Shown: positions 9,538-18,819 of the stretch, piece by piece
How positions within the stretch are numbered: the first letter of the stretch is position 1
Layout: each line of letters starts with the position of its first letter
Assembly: GCA_965203355.1 (NCBI GenBank)
Contig: OZ241889.1
Coordinates: forward strand, 4,096,001 to 4,160,000
DNA from: Candidatus Latescibacterota bacterium
GTDB lineage: Bacteria; Latescibacterota; UBA2968; UBA8231
Direction of reading: 5' to 3'
Length of the DNA: 64,000 nucleotides
The notes under the pieces: model-generated
What the model was told of the DNA's origin: nothing
The model's database searches: none
The model's input: the letters and a program-made list of their open reading frames with translations, nothing else
Position numbers and translations under genes: made by a program

Positions 9538-10752
9538 ATGAAAATCACCAACGTCGAATTCTTCCACATCAATCCGCGCCTTTGCGACCGCTACCAAGAG
9601 CACGAGGTCCGCTTTTCCGGCATCGACACTCAGACCGTCTTCCGCGTAACGCTCGACAATGGCGTCGTCGGCTACGGCGACGAACGCGGCCACGCCTCGC
9701 TCTCCGAAGGACACATCGCGGGCATGATCGACCAGTCGCCGTTCAACTACGTCGCTGGAGCACTCAGCACCGGCCTGATGGGCGCACTGTACGACGCCAT
9801 GGGCAAGGCCATCGAAGAGCCAGCGTACAAACTGTTGGGCCAAAAGGTCCGCGACCGCGTACCGGTGGCGGCGTGGACCCGGCCGGCAGCCCCCGAGGAT
9901 TTTGCCCGCGAAATCCAGCGCGCCGCCCAAGAGGGCTACACCATTTTCAAGATGCACTCGGCCGCACACCACGACGTGATCGAGCAGACGCGCGCCGCCC
10001 AAGAAGTCGCGCCAACTGGCTTTAAGGTCCACTGGGACTTCAACCACAACCGGCCCGCTACGGCCGTGCTGCGCCTTGTCGATGAACTGGAAAAATTTTC
10101 AGTCGTCGGCTTCTTGGAAGACCCGCTCTATCCCTACGACATTGAAGGCTGGCGTCTGTTGCGCTCCAAAACCGCCCTGCCGCTCTTAATGCACGTGCCG
10201 CAACTCGGAGGCGGCCCGGAGATTCAGCGGGATGTGGCCGACCTCTACATGATCGGCGAAATGGGCATTGGCCACTCCATCCGCCGGGGTTTGGCGGCGG
10301 CCGCCGCCGGCCTATCTACCGTGGTCCAGCTCACCGGTGGCACCCTGTGCAAAGCCCTGGCCATGCACTTGGGCGCGGTCATTCCCAATGTCTCGCATTC
10401 GACGAACTTAGACGACCAGTACGCCGAGGATGTGACCGGAGGCCGTCTCGAAGTCAGCGAGGGCAGCACACCGGTGCCCGAGGGGCCGGGGCTGGGTGTG
10501 GAAGTCGATGAACAGATATTAGCCGAGCTAGCCGCACGGCCCAAGAGCGAACTGCCGCGCCACGTCGGCGTCTTGCACCTGCCCGGCGGCACCACGTACT
10601 ACACCCCGAGCATCCCGGCGGTCGAGCGACTGACCGGCTTTGTCGAGGGCAACGTGCGCGGCGTACGCAGCGAGGTCTGGAACGACGACGGCTCCGAGGA
10701 ATTCGCGCGGATTTACGAACAGGTGCAAAAACAAGGCAAAGCCAAGGCTTAG
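9538..10752 (+). CDS. Mandelate racemase/muconate lactonizing enzyme (enolase superfamily) protein
   Basis: GVVGYGD, ALYDAMGK...PAYKLLG.KVRDRVP, DFN, EDP, VPEGPGLGVEVD. Confidence 0.88.
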   Translation: MKITNVEFFHINPRLCDRYQEHEVRFSGIDTQTVFRVTLDNGVVGYGDERGHASLSEGHIAGMIDQSPFNYVAGALSTGLMGALYDAMGKAIEEPAYKLLGQKVRDRVPVAAWTRPAAPEDFAREIQRAAQEGYTIFKMHSAAHHDVIEQTRAAQEVAPTGFKVHWDFNHNRPATAVLRLVDELEKFSVVGFLEDPLYPYDIEGWRLLRSKTALPLLMHVPQLGGGPEIQRDVADLYMIGEMGIGHSIRRGLAAAAAGLSTVVQLTGGTLCKALAMHLGAVIPNVSHSTNLDDQYAEDVTGGRLEVSEGSTPVPEGPGLGVEVDEQILAELAARPKSELPRHVGVLHLPGGTTYYTPSIPAVERLTGFVEGNVRGVRSEVWNDDGSEEFARIYEQVQKQGKAKA

Positions 10753-10765
10753 AAAGGGACATTTC

Positions 10766-11905
10766 ATGCTCGACCAACTCGCCTATCTCCGCACGGCCCA
10801 GACCGGGCGCGCCTCGTCTTGGGACGAAACCGGCCGCAACAGCGACGCTTGGTGGATCGAACCGGGTGAGAGCGCAATCCTCGCCGACATCAAAGGCCCC
10901 GGCCGCATCACTCACCTGTGGCTGACCCAATCCAACCACTACCGAGAGTGCTTGCTCAAAATTACGTGGGACGACGCGGACCATCCCAGCGTCGTGTGCC
11001 CTTTGGGCGATTTCTTTGGCCTCGGCCACAGCATCGTCAACTCCTACCAATCCCTGCTCTTTTCCGCCTCGACGCGCAGCAACAATGTTTTTAACACCGG
11101 CTGCGCTCTCAACGCGTACGCGCAAATGCCCTTCCGCCAGCGCGCGGTCGTCGAGCTGGTCAACGAAAGCAGCGAGCGGCATCGCCAGTACTTTTACGTC
11201 GATTACGAGATCGGCGACGCGCCAAGCGAGGCCGGATATTTCCACGCAGAATTCCGCCGCGAAAACCCCTTCGGCGGCTGGGGACCCGAGATTCGCGTCA
11301 ACTCGCCGGAGGCCAACATCGTCAACAAGGAACAGGCGGCTTGGGACAACAACTACGTCATCTTGGAGACCCAAGGCCGCGGGCACTATATCGGCTGCAA
11401 CATCAGCGTCACCAACTTCCAAGGCACTTGGTGGGGCGAGGGCGACGACATGATCTGGGTCGATGGCTACAAGTGGCCCCCCGAATTGCACGGCACCGGC
11501 AGTGAAGATTACCTCAACCAAGCGTGGGGCATGCAGGACAACGGCTTCTTGCGCAACGGCTCTTCCATCCACGAAAACAACACCAACGGCTACCAAACCT
11601 CGTACGTCCACCACCTCGAAAACCCCGTTCACTTCCAGCGGGAAATCAAGGCCACCATCGAACACGGCCACGGCAATCACCTCTGCAACGAAATGAGCAG
11701 CGTCGCCTATTGGTACGCCGCCAAACCCACCCGCGTGGCCGAACCCCCGGCCGTCGCCCAACGCCTGCCCGTCCTCCGCGACGCCGAGGGCCAGTGGTTG
11801 GGCGATCGCGGGAATCAAATCACCAGTCGGAGCATTCGCCCCAACGCAGAAATGGAGCAGATGAAAACGCAATGGGCGGCCAAAGAATCATCCTCTAATA
11901 GTTGA
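10766..11905 (+). CDS. DUF2961 / glycoside hydrolase family 172-like protein
   Basis: SSWD..GRNSD, GPGRITHLW, PLGDFFG, MPF, WWGEGDD, HGTGSEDY, EHGH.N, SSVAYWY. Confidence 0.88.
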   Translation: MLDQLAYLRTAQTGRASSWDETGRNSDAWWIEPGESAILADIKGPGRITHLWLTQSNHYRECLLKITWDDADHPSVVCPLGDFFGLGHSIVNSYQSLLFSASTRSNNVFNTGCALNAYAQMPFRQRAVVELVNESSERHRQYFYVDYEIGDAPSEAGYFHAEFRRENPFGGWGPEIRVNSPEANIVNKEQAAWDNNYVILETQGRGHYIGCNISVTNFQGTWWGEGDDMIWVDGYKWPPELHGTGSEDYLNQAWGMQDNGFLRNGSSIHENNTNGYQTSYVHHLENPVHFQREIKATIEHGHGNHLCNEMSSVAYWYAAKPTRVAEPPAVAQRLPVLRDAEGQWLGDRGNQITSRSIRPNAEMEQMKTQWAAKESSSNS

Positions 11906-11916
11906 CCTAACTCCAA

Positions 11917-12555
11917 ATGCTGACGACCACGGCCAAAGTTCAAATCGTCCTCGACGTACTCCAGCGGCTCTATCCCAACCCTTCGGTCCCGCTCAAACGC
12001 CGGGATCCCTACACGCATCTGATTGCCGTGTTGCTTTCGGCGCAATGCACAGATGCGCGCGTAAACCAAGTAACGCCGACACTCTTTGCCCGCGCCGACT
12101 GCCCCGAGCGCATGGTCGAACTGGACGTGGCAGAAATCGAGCAGATCATTCGCTCTTGCGGACTGGCGCCGCGTAAGTCCAAGGCAATCTGGGCGCTGTC
12201 GCAAATCCTGCTCGCCGAACACGATGGCCAAGTTCCGCCCGATCTGGCTGCACTCGAACGCCTACCTGGCGTGGGGCACAAAACCGCGCAAGTCGTGCTC
12301 GCGCAGAACTTCGGCGTGCCGACCTTTCCCGTCGATACCCACATCCATCGGCTGATTTACCGTTGGGGGCTTTCCACCGGCAAGAGCGTCGAGCAGACGG
12401 AACGAGACTGCAAGCACCTCTTCCCCACAGCGCACTGGAACGACCTGCACTTGCAAATCATCTACTTTGGCCGCGAGCACTGCCCAGCGCGCCGGCACCA
12501 GCCAGCCGAATGCCTCCTGTGCAGCCGAATAGGCCGCAAGAGCCTGTTCAAGTGA
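11917..12555 (+). CDS. nth: Endonuclease III
   Basis: LIAVLLSAQCTDARVN, HhH LPGVGHKTA, VDTHIHR. Confidence 0.93.
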   Translation: MLTTTAKVQIVLDVLQRLYPNPSVPLKRRDPYTHLIAVLLSAQCTDARVNQVTPTLFARADCPERMVELDVAEIEQIIRSCGLAPRKSKAIWALSQILLAEHDGQVPPDLAALERLPGVGHKTAQVVLAQNFGVPTFPVDTHIHRLIYRWGLSTGKSVEQTERDCKHLFPTAHWNDLHLQIIYFGREHCPARRHQPAECLLCSRIGRKSLFK

Positions 12556-12638
12556 GGACGCCTTGGGATTGGCGCATTGCTTGCCGACGTGCCTAAACGT
12601 AGTTTGTCAACAGCACACACCTTATTCCCCCATGCCCA

Positions 12639-13892
12639 ATGCCATTAGCTCTTTCGCTCTTCTTCGTCCTTTTGTCTTGCAGCCCTGAGCCGCGCCAAGA
12701 CGACACCGTCACCCTCGAGTTCTGGACCATTGCCCTCGGCGACGCATTTGCCGATTACATCTTGGGCATGATCGCCGAGTACGAGCAGGCGCATCCCGGC
12801 GTCCAGGTCAAGTGGGTCGATGTCAGCGGCGGCGAAGTGGCCGAGAAGTTCCTCGCCGCTTTAGTCGGCGACGCGCCCCCAGACTTGGCCAACATCTACG
12901 ACCTGCCCCGCTTCCTGCAATACGACATTCTCGTCAACATGGACGAAGCGGTCTCCCCAGCCGAAAAAGCCAAACGGCTCGAAAACTTCTGGCGCGGCGT
13001 TGGCTACTTCCAAGGCAGCAACTACGCCATCCCTTGGTACATCGGCGTCACCATGCTCTGGTACAACAAGGACCTCTTCGCCCAAGCCGGCCTCGACCCC
13101 GAGCATCCGCCGGCCACCATCGACGAGATGTTCGCCATGGGCCACCAAATACGCGAGCGCACCGGCAAATACGGAATCTCTTGGCGCCTGCATCCCTCGC
13201 TCGTGGCTCCACCTTGGGCCTTGTTGCGCCTAGACGGATTTTGGCCGCTGTTCGCTCCCAATCTCCGCCGCACCCGCATCAACCACCCCGAGGCCAAGGC
13301 CATCTTGCAGCAGTGGATCAACGCCTATCAGCAAGAAATCGTGCCGCCCGAAGCCATCGCCGCCGCCCACCGCGACGAGGTCAATTGGTTCATCGAGGGG
13401 CGTGCGGCCATGTTGCCCTTTTCCGGTGGCTGGATCACCCGCTACTTCGACGACTCCTTTGCCAACAAGGCGGTGCCGGCACCCATGCCGCGGGGTCGCC
13501 TCGGCCAAGTGCCGGCCACCAGCCAAGTCTTGGTCGTGCCCAAAGCCTCGCCCCACGTAGAGCAAGCCGTTGACTTCGGGCTGTTTGTCACCAACGACGC
13601 CAACCAGCTCGAATTTTGCCGCCGCGTAGCCATCTTGCCCTCGACCGTGGCCGCGGCCGCCGATCCGTACTTCCGCCGCCCACCCGCCACGCTGGCCGAC
13701 GCGGCCAACCAACACTCCGCGGCCGACATCCCCCATTCCTTTGTCATGGCTCCGCCCGACGTCAAAGGCTGGAGCCGGATGGAGGACATCCTCCACGAGG
13801 AATTCGCCAAAGCATTGGCCGGCCAGCAAAGTGCGGACGCAGCCCTGCGCCGCATCGAATCCAAGTGGAACCACCTCTTGCGCTTCCATTGA
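12639..13892 (+). CDS. Carbohydrate ABC transporter substrate-binding lipoprotein
   Basis: Lipobox LLSC, PPDLA, YAIPWY...LWYNKDLF; lies upstream of two permeases. Confidence 0.9.
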   Translation: MPLALSLFFVLLSCSPEPRQDDTVTLEFWTIALGDAFADYILGMIAEYEQAHPGVQVKWVDVSGGEVAEKFLAALVGDAPPDLANIYDLPRFLQYDILVNMDEAVSPAEKAKRLENFWRGVGYFQGSNYAIPWYIGVTMLWYNKDLFAQAGLDPEHPPATIDEMFAMGHQIRERTGKYGISWRLHPSLVAPPWALLRLDGFWPLFAPNLRRTRINHPEAKAILQQWINAYQQEIVPPEAIAAAHRDEVNWFIEGRAAMLPFSGGWITRYFDDSFANKAVPAPMPRGRLGQVPATSQVLVVPKASPHVEQAVDFGLFVTNDANQLEFCRRVAILPSTVAAAADPYFRRPPATLADAANQHSAADIPHSFVMAPPDVKGWSRMEDILHEEFAKALAGQQSADAALRRIESKWNHLLRFH

Positions 13893-13921
13893 GACCAACC
13901 CGAGCCAACTCGCCATTGACC

Positions 13922-14842
13922 ATGGACAGACGCTGCACACCTTATCTTTTTGTCGCCCCCGGGCTGTTGCTCCTAGTCGTGTTCTTCGCCTATCCCTTGC
14001 TCGACACGCTCTATCTCAGCCTGCACCGCTACAACATCTTCTCGCCGCCCACCTTCGTCGGCCTCGACAACTTTCGCCGCGCTTGGGGCGACGAGCTATT
14101 CTGGCGGGTCTTGGCCAATACGCTGCTCTACGCGATTATCGTCGTGCCCGCGCTCGTCGTGCTCTCGTTTTTCATGGCGCTGTTGCTCGACAACTCGCTG
14201 CGGCTGATCAAGGTGTTTCGCACCCTGTACTACATTCCAGTCGTCACCTCCATCGTCGTCGCTGGCATCGTCTGGAAGTGGCTTTACAACGCCGATGGCC
14301 TGCTCAACGCCTTCCTCAAGGAGCTGGGCGTCAGCGGCCCGTCGTGGCTGGCCGATGTGCGCGGCGTCCCCGAAGCGTTCTTGAGCCTACTGGGCGTGGA
14401 GACCCAATCCGCGTGGTTGACCGAGCCGGCGATTGCCCTGTTTGCCGTGGCCATGGTCACCGTGTGGAAGGCCGCGCCGTACTACATGATCATCTATCTG
14501 GCCGGCTTACAAGGCATCCCCCCCCAGCTCAAAGAAGCCGCGCACGTCGATGGAGCGGGTTGGTGGCAAGTCGTGCGCCACGTCATCATCCCGACGATCA
14601 AGCCCTACACACTCGTGGTCTCCATCATCGCCACCATCGCCGCCTTGCGCACCTTCGGGGAAGTGTACGTGATGACCGGCGGCGGCCCCTTCCACCGCAC
14701 CAACCTATTGGCCTATTACATCTATACGCTCGGGTTCAAATACCTCGAAGTAGGGTACGCCGCGGCTGTTTCGCTGTGCTTGCTGGTCGTCATATTGATC
14801 TTTGCCCTGATCAACTTTCGCATCGCCGGCCGAGGAGACTGA
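13922..14842 (+). CDS. Carbohydrate ABC transporter permease
   Basis: FVGLDNF, EAAHVDGAG EAA motif, MTGGGP. Confidence 0.92.
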   Translation: MDRRCTPYLFVAPGLLLLVVFFAYPLLDTLYLSLHRYNIFSPPTFVGLDNFRRAWGDELFWRVLANTLLYAIIVVPALVVLSFFMALLLDNSLRLIKVFRTLYYIPVVTSIVVAGIVWKWLYNADGLLNAFLKELGVSGPSWLADVRGVPEAFLSLLGVETQSAWLTEPAIALFAVAMVTVWKAAPYYMIIYLAGLQGIPPQLKEAAHVDGAGWWQVVRHVIIPTIKPYTLVVSIIATIAALRTFGEVYVMTGGGPFHRTNLLAYYIYTLGFKYLEVGYAAAVSLCLLVVILIFALINFRIAGRGD

Positions 14843-14843
14843 G

Positions 14844-15659
14844 ATGGTCCAACGCATTCTGCTCTACGCAATCCTGTGCGCGGTCGGTGCGGTCTTACTG
14901 ACCCCTTTCGCCTGGCTGCTATCTACCGCGCTCAAAGCCGAGTCCGCCGATCTGTTCGCCCATCCGCCGCAGTGGATCCCCGACCCCATCGTCTGGGGCA
15001 ACTTCGCCAAGGCTTGGAACATCCTCCCATTCGCGCGCTACCTCTTCAATACCTTTTACATCGCCATCGCCACGGTCCTACTCAACTTGACGTGCTGCTC
15101 GCTGGCTGGCTACGCCCTCGCCCGCATGAATTTCCGCGGGCGCCAAGCCATTTTCTACTGCATCTTGGCCACGACCATGGTGCCGTTCCAAGTCCTCTTA
15201 ATCCCGCTTTTCATCGTCACCTTGAAGCTCGGTCTCGTGGATTCGTACGCCGGCGTCATCCTGCCGGTGGCGGTCAACGCCTTTGGCATCTTCCTCCTGC
15301 GCCAAGCCTTCACTACCATTCCCACGGATCTCGAAGACGCCGCCCGCATCGACGGCTGCGGCCCGTTTGCCATCTATGCACGCATTATGATGCCCCTCGT
15401 CAAACCGGCCCTCGCCGCGCAGGCCGCGTTCACGTTTGTGGCCCAGTGGAACGACTTCCTGTGGCCGCTCGTGGTACTCAAAAGCCGCGAGCTGTACACC
15501 CTGCAATTGGGGCTGGCCAGCCTCCAAGGCGTCTTTGGCGTCAACTGGCGCTACATTTCAGCGGCCTCGATCATCGCCTTGGTGCCGACCGTGCTGTTCT
15601 TCCTCTTCACCCAGCGATTTTTTACGCAGGGGCTGACGGCTGGGGCCGTGAAGGAATAG
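14844..15659 (+). CDS. Carbohydrate ABC transporter permease
   Basis: GYALAR, EDAARIDGC, QWNDFLWPL, GAVKE. Confidence 0.92.
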   Translation: MVQRILLYAILCAVGAVLLTPFAWLLSTALKAESADLFAHPPQWIPDPIVWGNFAKAWNILPFARYLFNTFYIAIATVLLNLTCCSLAGYALARMNFRGRQAIFYCILATTMVPFQVLLIPLFIVTLKLGLVDSYAGVILPVAVNAFGIFLLRQAFTTIPTDLEDAARIDGCGPFAIYARIMMPLVKPALAAQAAFTFVAQWNDFLWPLVVLKSRELYTLQLGLASLQGVFGVNWRYISAASIIALVPTVLFFLFTQRFFTQGLTAGAVKE

Positions 15660-15713
15660 CCGAGTTGGTTTCTAGCCGACTGGCACAATTTTTAGTTACC
15701 CTGGAGAACTGTT

Positions 15714-16016
15714 ATGACTATACCTGCAATCCATCCGGGAGAACACCTTGCCGAGGAGTTGAGAGAACTCGACATGAGCGCAGCATCACTCGCACGACAG
15801 ATTGAGGTGTCCACCAGCCGAATCACCGAAATCCTCAACGGGCGACGTGCAATCACGGGCGATACGGCCCTGAGGCTGGCTCATTTTTTCGACACCAGCG
15901 CAGAATTCTGGCTAAACTTGCAGAAGCTCTATGAGTTGCGGATTGCCGAGGAGAAAATAGGCGGGGGTATTAGATCACTGCCAACACTCAAGAACCGCGA
16001 GGCTGTGCAGACTTAA
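15714..16016 (+). CDS. higA: HigA/VapI family antitoxin (no cognate toxin adjacent)
   Basis: IHPGEHLAEEL, HTH, ITGDTALRLAHFFDTSAEFWLNLQ..YEL. Confidence 0.9.
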   Translation: MTIPAIHPGEHLAEELRELDMSAASLARQIEVSTSRITEILNGRRAITGDTALRLAHFFDTSAEFWLNLQKLYELRIAEEKIGGGIRSLPTLKNREAVQT

Positions 16017-16266
16017 CGCACGAGAAGGAAGAATCAGTGGAAAGACAAGACTACAACCACTAATAAGACCTGCTTCAAGATAAGCACCAACCAGCAAATA
16101 CAGTGCCTTTATAGGAGTTTGCATGAAAAGCTCTGTTCCTCTTCGGTTCCAACCATAAGTTCCTCGGGAAAGACGCTTACAAAACGTGGAAATAATAGCG
16201 GCGGCGTCCCTACGAATAGCTACCTAACCGCTGATGTACAACGTTGTACCCAGAGGAACCAACAAC

Positions 16267-17274
16267 ATGGACATCCACGCGATCCAACGCGCCATTGACG
16301 CCCTGCCCCGTCACCGCCTGACGCATTTGCCAACGCCCTTGCAGCACTGTCCGCGGCTGTCGGCCGCGCTCGGGGGACCGCAAATATGGATCAAACGCGA
16401 CGACCTGACCGGCCTCGCCTTGGGCGGCAATAAGTCCCGCTACCTCGAATTCACGCTCGCCGAAGCTACGGACCAAGGGTGCGATGCGGCCGTGTTGAGC
16501 GCGGTCGTCCAGTCCAATCATTGCCGCCAATTCGCCGCCGCCTGCGCCCAACTCGGCCTCAAGGGCGTCGTCGTCCTGCGCGAGGACGATTCCATCATGG
16601 GGCGCAAATCGCCGGCCCAAGGCAACTACCTTTTAGACCAGTTGTGTGGAGTGCGAATCCGCTTTGCTCGGCCCGAGCGCATAAGCGCAACCGTAGCCGA
16701 GGAAATGGCGCAGCTCAAAGAAGAAGGGTACAAGCCTTTCACCGGCCTGTCCGGCCTGTTGTCGCGCGTTGCCTACATCCAATGTGCCTTGGAAATCGAA
16801 ACCCAACTGTGCGCCGCCGGCATCCAAGCCGACGATGTGGTAATTGGGTCGGGTGGAAACAGCTTGGCCGGGCTAGTGGCTGGCTTTGCCCTCTTGGGGC
16901 GATCGGCCCGCTTCCTCGGCACACCCCAGAGCAAGCTGAGCCAGCGCGCAGGAGCGTCTGAGCGCATCGCGCAATCCGCCGCGGAAGCCGCGGCCCACCT
17001 CGGCCTCGAATGCACACTCGCCCCCGAGCGCATCGCCGTGACCGATGAGTACGTCGGCCCGGGCTTCGGCCACTTGGACCGGGCCACGCTCGACAGCATC
17101 CGCCTCCTCGCCCAAAGCGAGGGCATCTTCGTCGATCCCACCTATTCGGGCAAGGGCTTGGCCGGCCTAATTGATCAGGTGCGCCACGGGCGTTTCCGCG
17201 CCAGCGAAAACATCGTCTTTGTCCACACTGGCGGAACGCCGCTGTTGTTCGCCTATGGGGAAGCCCTACTCTAA
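16267..17274 (+). CDS. D-cysteine desulfhydrase / ACC deaminase family PLP enzyme
   Basis: PTPLQ, IKRDDLTG...GGNKSR, QSNHCR, GN.LL..L.G, DPTYSGKG, HTGG. Confidence 0.9.
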   Translation: MDIHAIQRAIDALPRHRLTHLPTPLQHCPRLSAALGGPQIWIKRDDLTGLALGGNKSRYLEFTLAEATDQGCDAAVLSAVVQSNHCRQFAAACAQLGLKGVVVLREDDSIMGRKSPAQGNYLLDQLCGVRIRFARPERISATVAEEMAQLKEEGYKPFTGLSGLLSRVAYIQCALEIETQLCAAGIQADDVVIGSGGNSLAGLVAGFALLGRSARFLGTPQSKLSQRAGASERIAQSAAEAAAHLGLECTLAPERIAVTDEYVGPGFGHLDRATLDSIRLLAQSEGIFVDPTYSGKGLAGLIDQVRHGRFRASENIVFVHTGGTPLLFAYGEALL

Positions 17275-18804
17275 CCCCAACGGCCCCACCAACTCGTCCA
17301 GCGCGTCAGCCAGCGGCTGTGGGTCGGCGAGGTCGGCGATGATGGCTGCCAAGAACGCCACGCCGCCGCGCCGGGCAAAATCCGCAATCTGCGCGTAGCT
17401 CAGCTTGGGCAGGTCGGTTAGCTGCTCGCCGACTAAGTGCGCCAGTCGCTGTTCTAAGATCGGCGGTCGCTCGGCGTACGGCATGTTCTTCAGCAGCAGG
17501 ATTAGGTCGTTCCGCGCTAATACGCGCGCGCGGACTCCGTAGCCCAAGCGGCGACAATACCCGTCAAAATCGTCCAAAGCGTCTGCACGACCCCCGGCCA
17601 AACCCAGCGCATCCTCCCGCGCAAAGAGGCCCGTCATTATGGTCTGTGCTATTAGGTAGTGCCCCCACACCGTGGGATGCAAATACTCAGCGATGAGCTC
17701 GTCGCCGACCAAACCAGCCGGTGCATGGGCGGCAAACGCCTGCTCCACGTCGATCAAGATCGCACCCGACTCAGCAGCCAAGGTGCGAATGGCATGGTTG
17801 AAGGGCGAGCAGGCCCGCAGGTGAATGCCGTCTAAATCGCGGGCACGCACAAACGCGGCCAGCGCCCGAGCCGAGTCCCCCGCCGCTTGATGCGCCAAGC
17901 CCGCGTCAAAGTGCAGGGCCGCGTGCTGCGGATAATCCGCGAGCACCGCACCCGGCGGCGGGGCCGGCCCTTGCGAGCGCAGGGGATAAAATCCAGCCAA
18001 ATTGGAAACCAGCGTACAGAGCGCAACCGGCACCTCGCGCGCGTGCAACACCTCGACTATCTCGGCCAAATTGCGCTGATAATGGGCCTCGGTCTGCCGG
18101 TGCGCTTCGTCCTCCAAGTAGATCGCGCGTTGCACCAAGTGAACGCCAAAGGATTGGGCGGGTGCGGCGGGGCGCAGTGCAGCCGCGACGTAGTGCAGCA
18201 GGCTATCGAGCAGGTAGTAGCTCTTGGTCCGCTGTAGGAACATCTGCAACTCGATGAAGGTCCTGTTGCCACTCAAGCGCACAAACGGAGTCGCGGCCCC
18301 GTACGGCCCCACGAACTCGTTGTGGCCGGCATAGATCAAAACCAGATCCGGCTCGTGCTCGACCACCTCGGCGACAAACTCGCGCACGACGAAAGAATTG
18401 ATCGCGGTGACGCCGCAGTTGACGACCTCGATCGCGCGCGCTGGATACGCATCCGCGAGCATCTGTTGCAAAAAGTTGGGAAACGAAGTGTAAGTGGGGT
18501 TGGGAAAGCCGAGCAGGGTCGAAGCCCCCAGCGCGAACACGCGAAACGCACGTGCGTCTTTGTCGCTGGCAAAGCGATCCTGCCCCGGGGCTAAGCGCAC
18601 GTACTGGCGCGGGAAGAAACGCCGCGCAGCCTGCGGGTTGAGGCGGTAGGACGAGCCGCTGGCCACAAAAAGAGCGTCATCCGGCCCCACGCCCACCAGC
18701 CACAAGCCCGCCTCAAAAAGCCCGACTAACGACCAACCAACTAGGAGGGCAAGGACCCGACTTTTTGCCCTGTTTACCGTTTTTGCTTTGTTTGACGCCT
18801 TCAT
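17266..18804 (-). CDS. Membrane-anchored SGNH/GDSL-fold protein with TPR-like insert
   Basis: N-terminal TM, LGAST block I, VVNCG, YAGHNEF, EYLHP. Confidence 0.8.
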   Translation of the reverse strand: MKASNKAKTVNRAKSRVLALLVGWSLVGLFEAGLWLVGVGPDDALFVASGSSYRLNPQAARRFFPRQYVRLAPGQDRFASDKDARAFRVFALGASTLLGFPNPTYTSFPNFLQQMLADAYPARAIEVVNCGVTAINSFVVREFVAEVVEHEPDLVLIYAGHNEFVGPYGAATPFVRLSGNRTFIELQMFLQRTKSYYLLDSLLHYVAAALRPAAPAQSFGVHLVQRAIYLEDEAHRQTEAHYQRNLAEIVEVLHAREVPVALCTLVSNLAGFYPLRSQGPAPPPGAVLADYPQHAALHFDAGLAHQAAGDSARALAAFVRARDLDGIHLRACSPFNHAIRTLAAESGAILIDVEQAFAAHAPAGLVGDELIAEYLHPTVWGHYLIAQTIMTGLFAREDALGLAGGRADALDDFDGYCRRLGYGVRARVLARNDLILLLKNMPYAERPPILEQRLAHLVGEQLTDLPKLSYAQIADFARRGGVAFLAAIIADLADPQPLADALDELVGPLGLE

Positions 18805-18819
18805 CAACTGTTAAAAATC

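Noticed and set aside
10454-11872. Long antisense ORFs (472 aa here; also 38238-39422 and 2855-3736)
   Set aside because: Shadow frames of well-supported genes in high-GC DNA, with no protein motifs.
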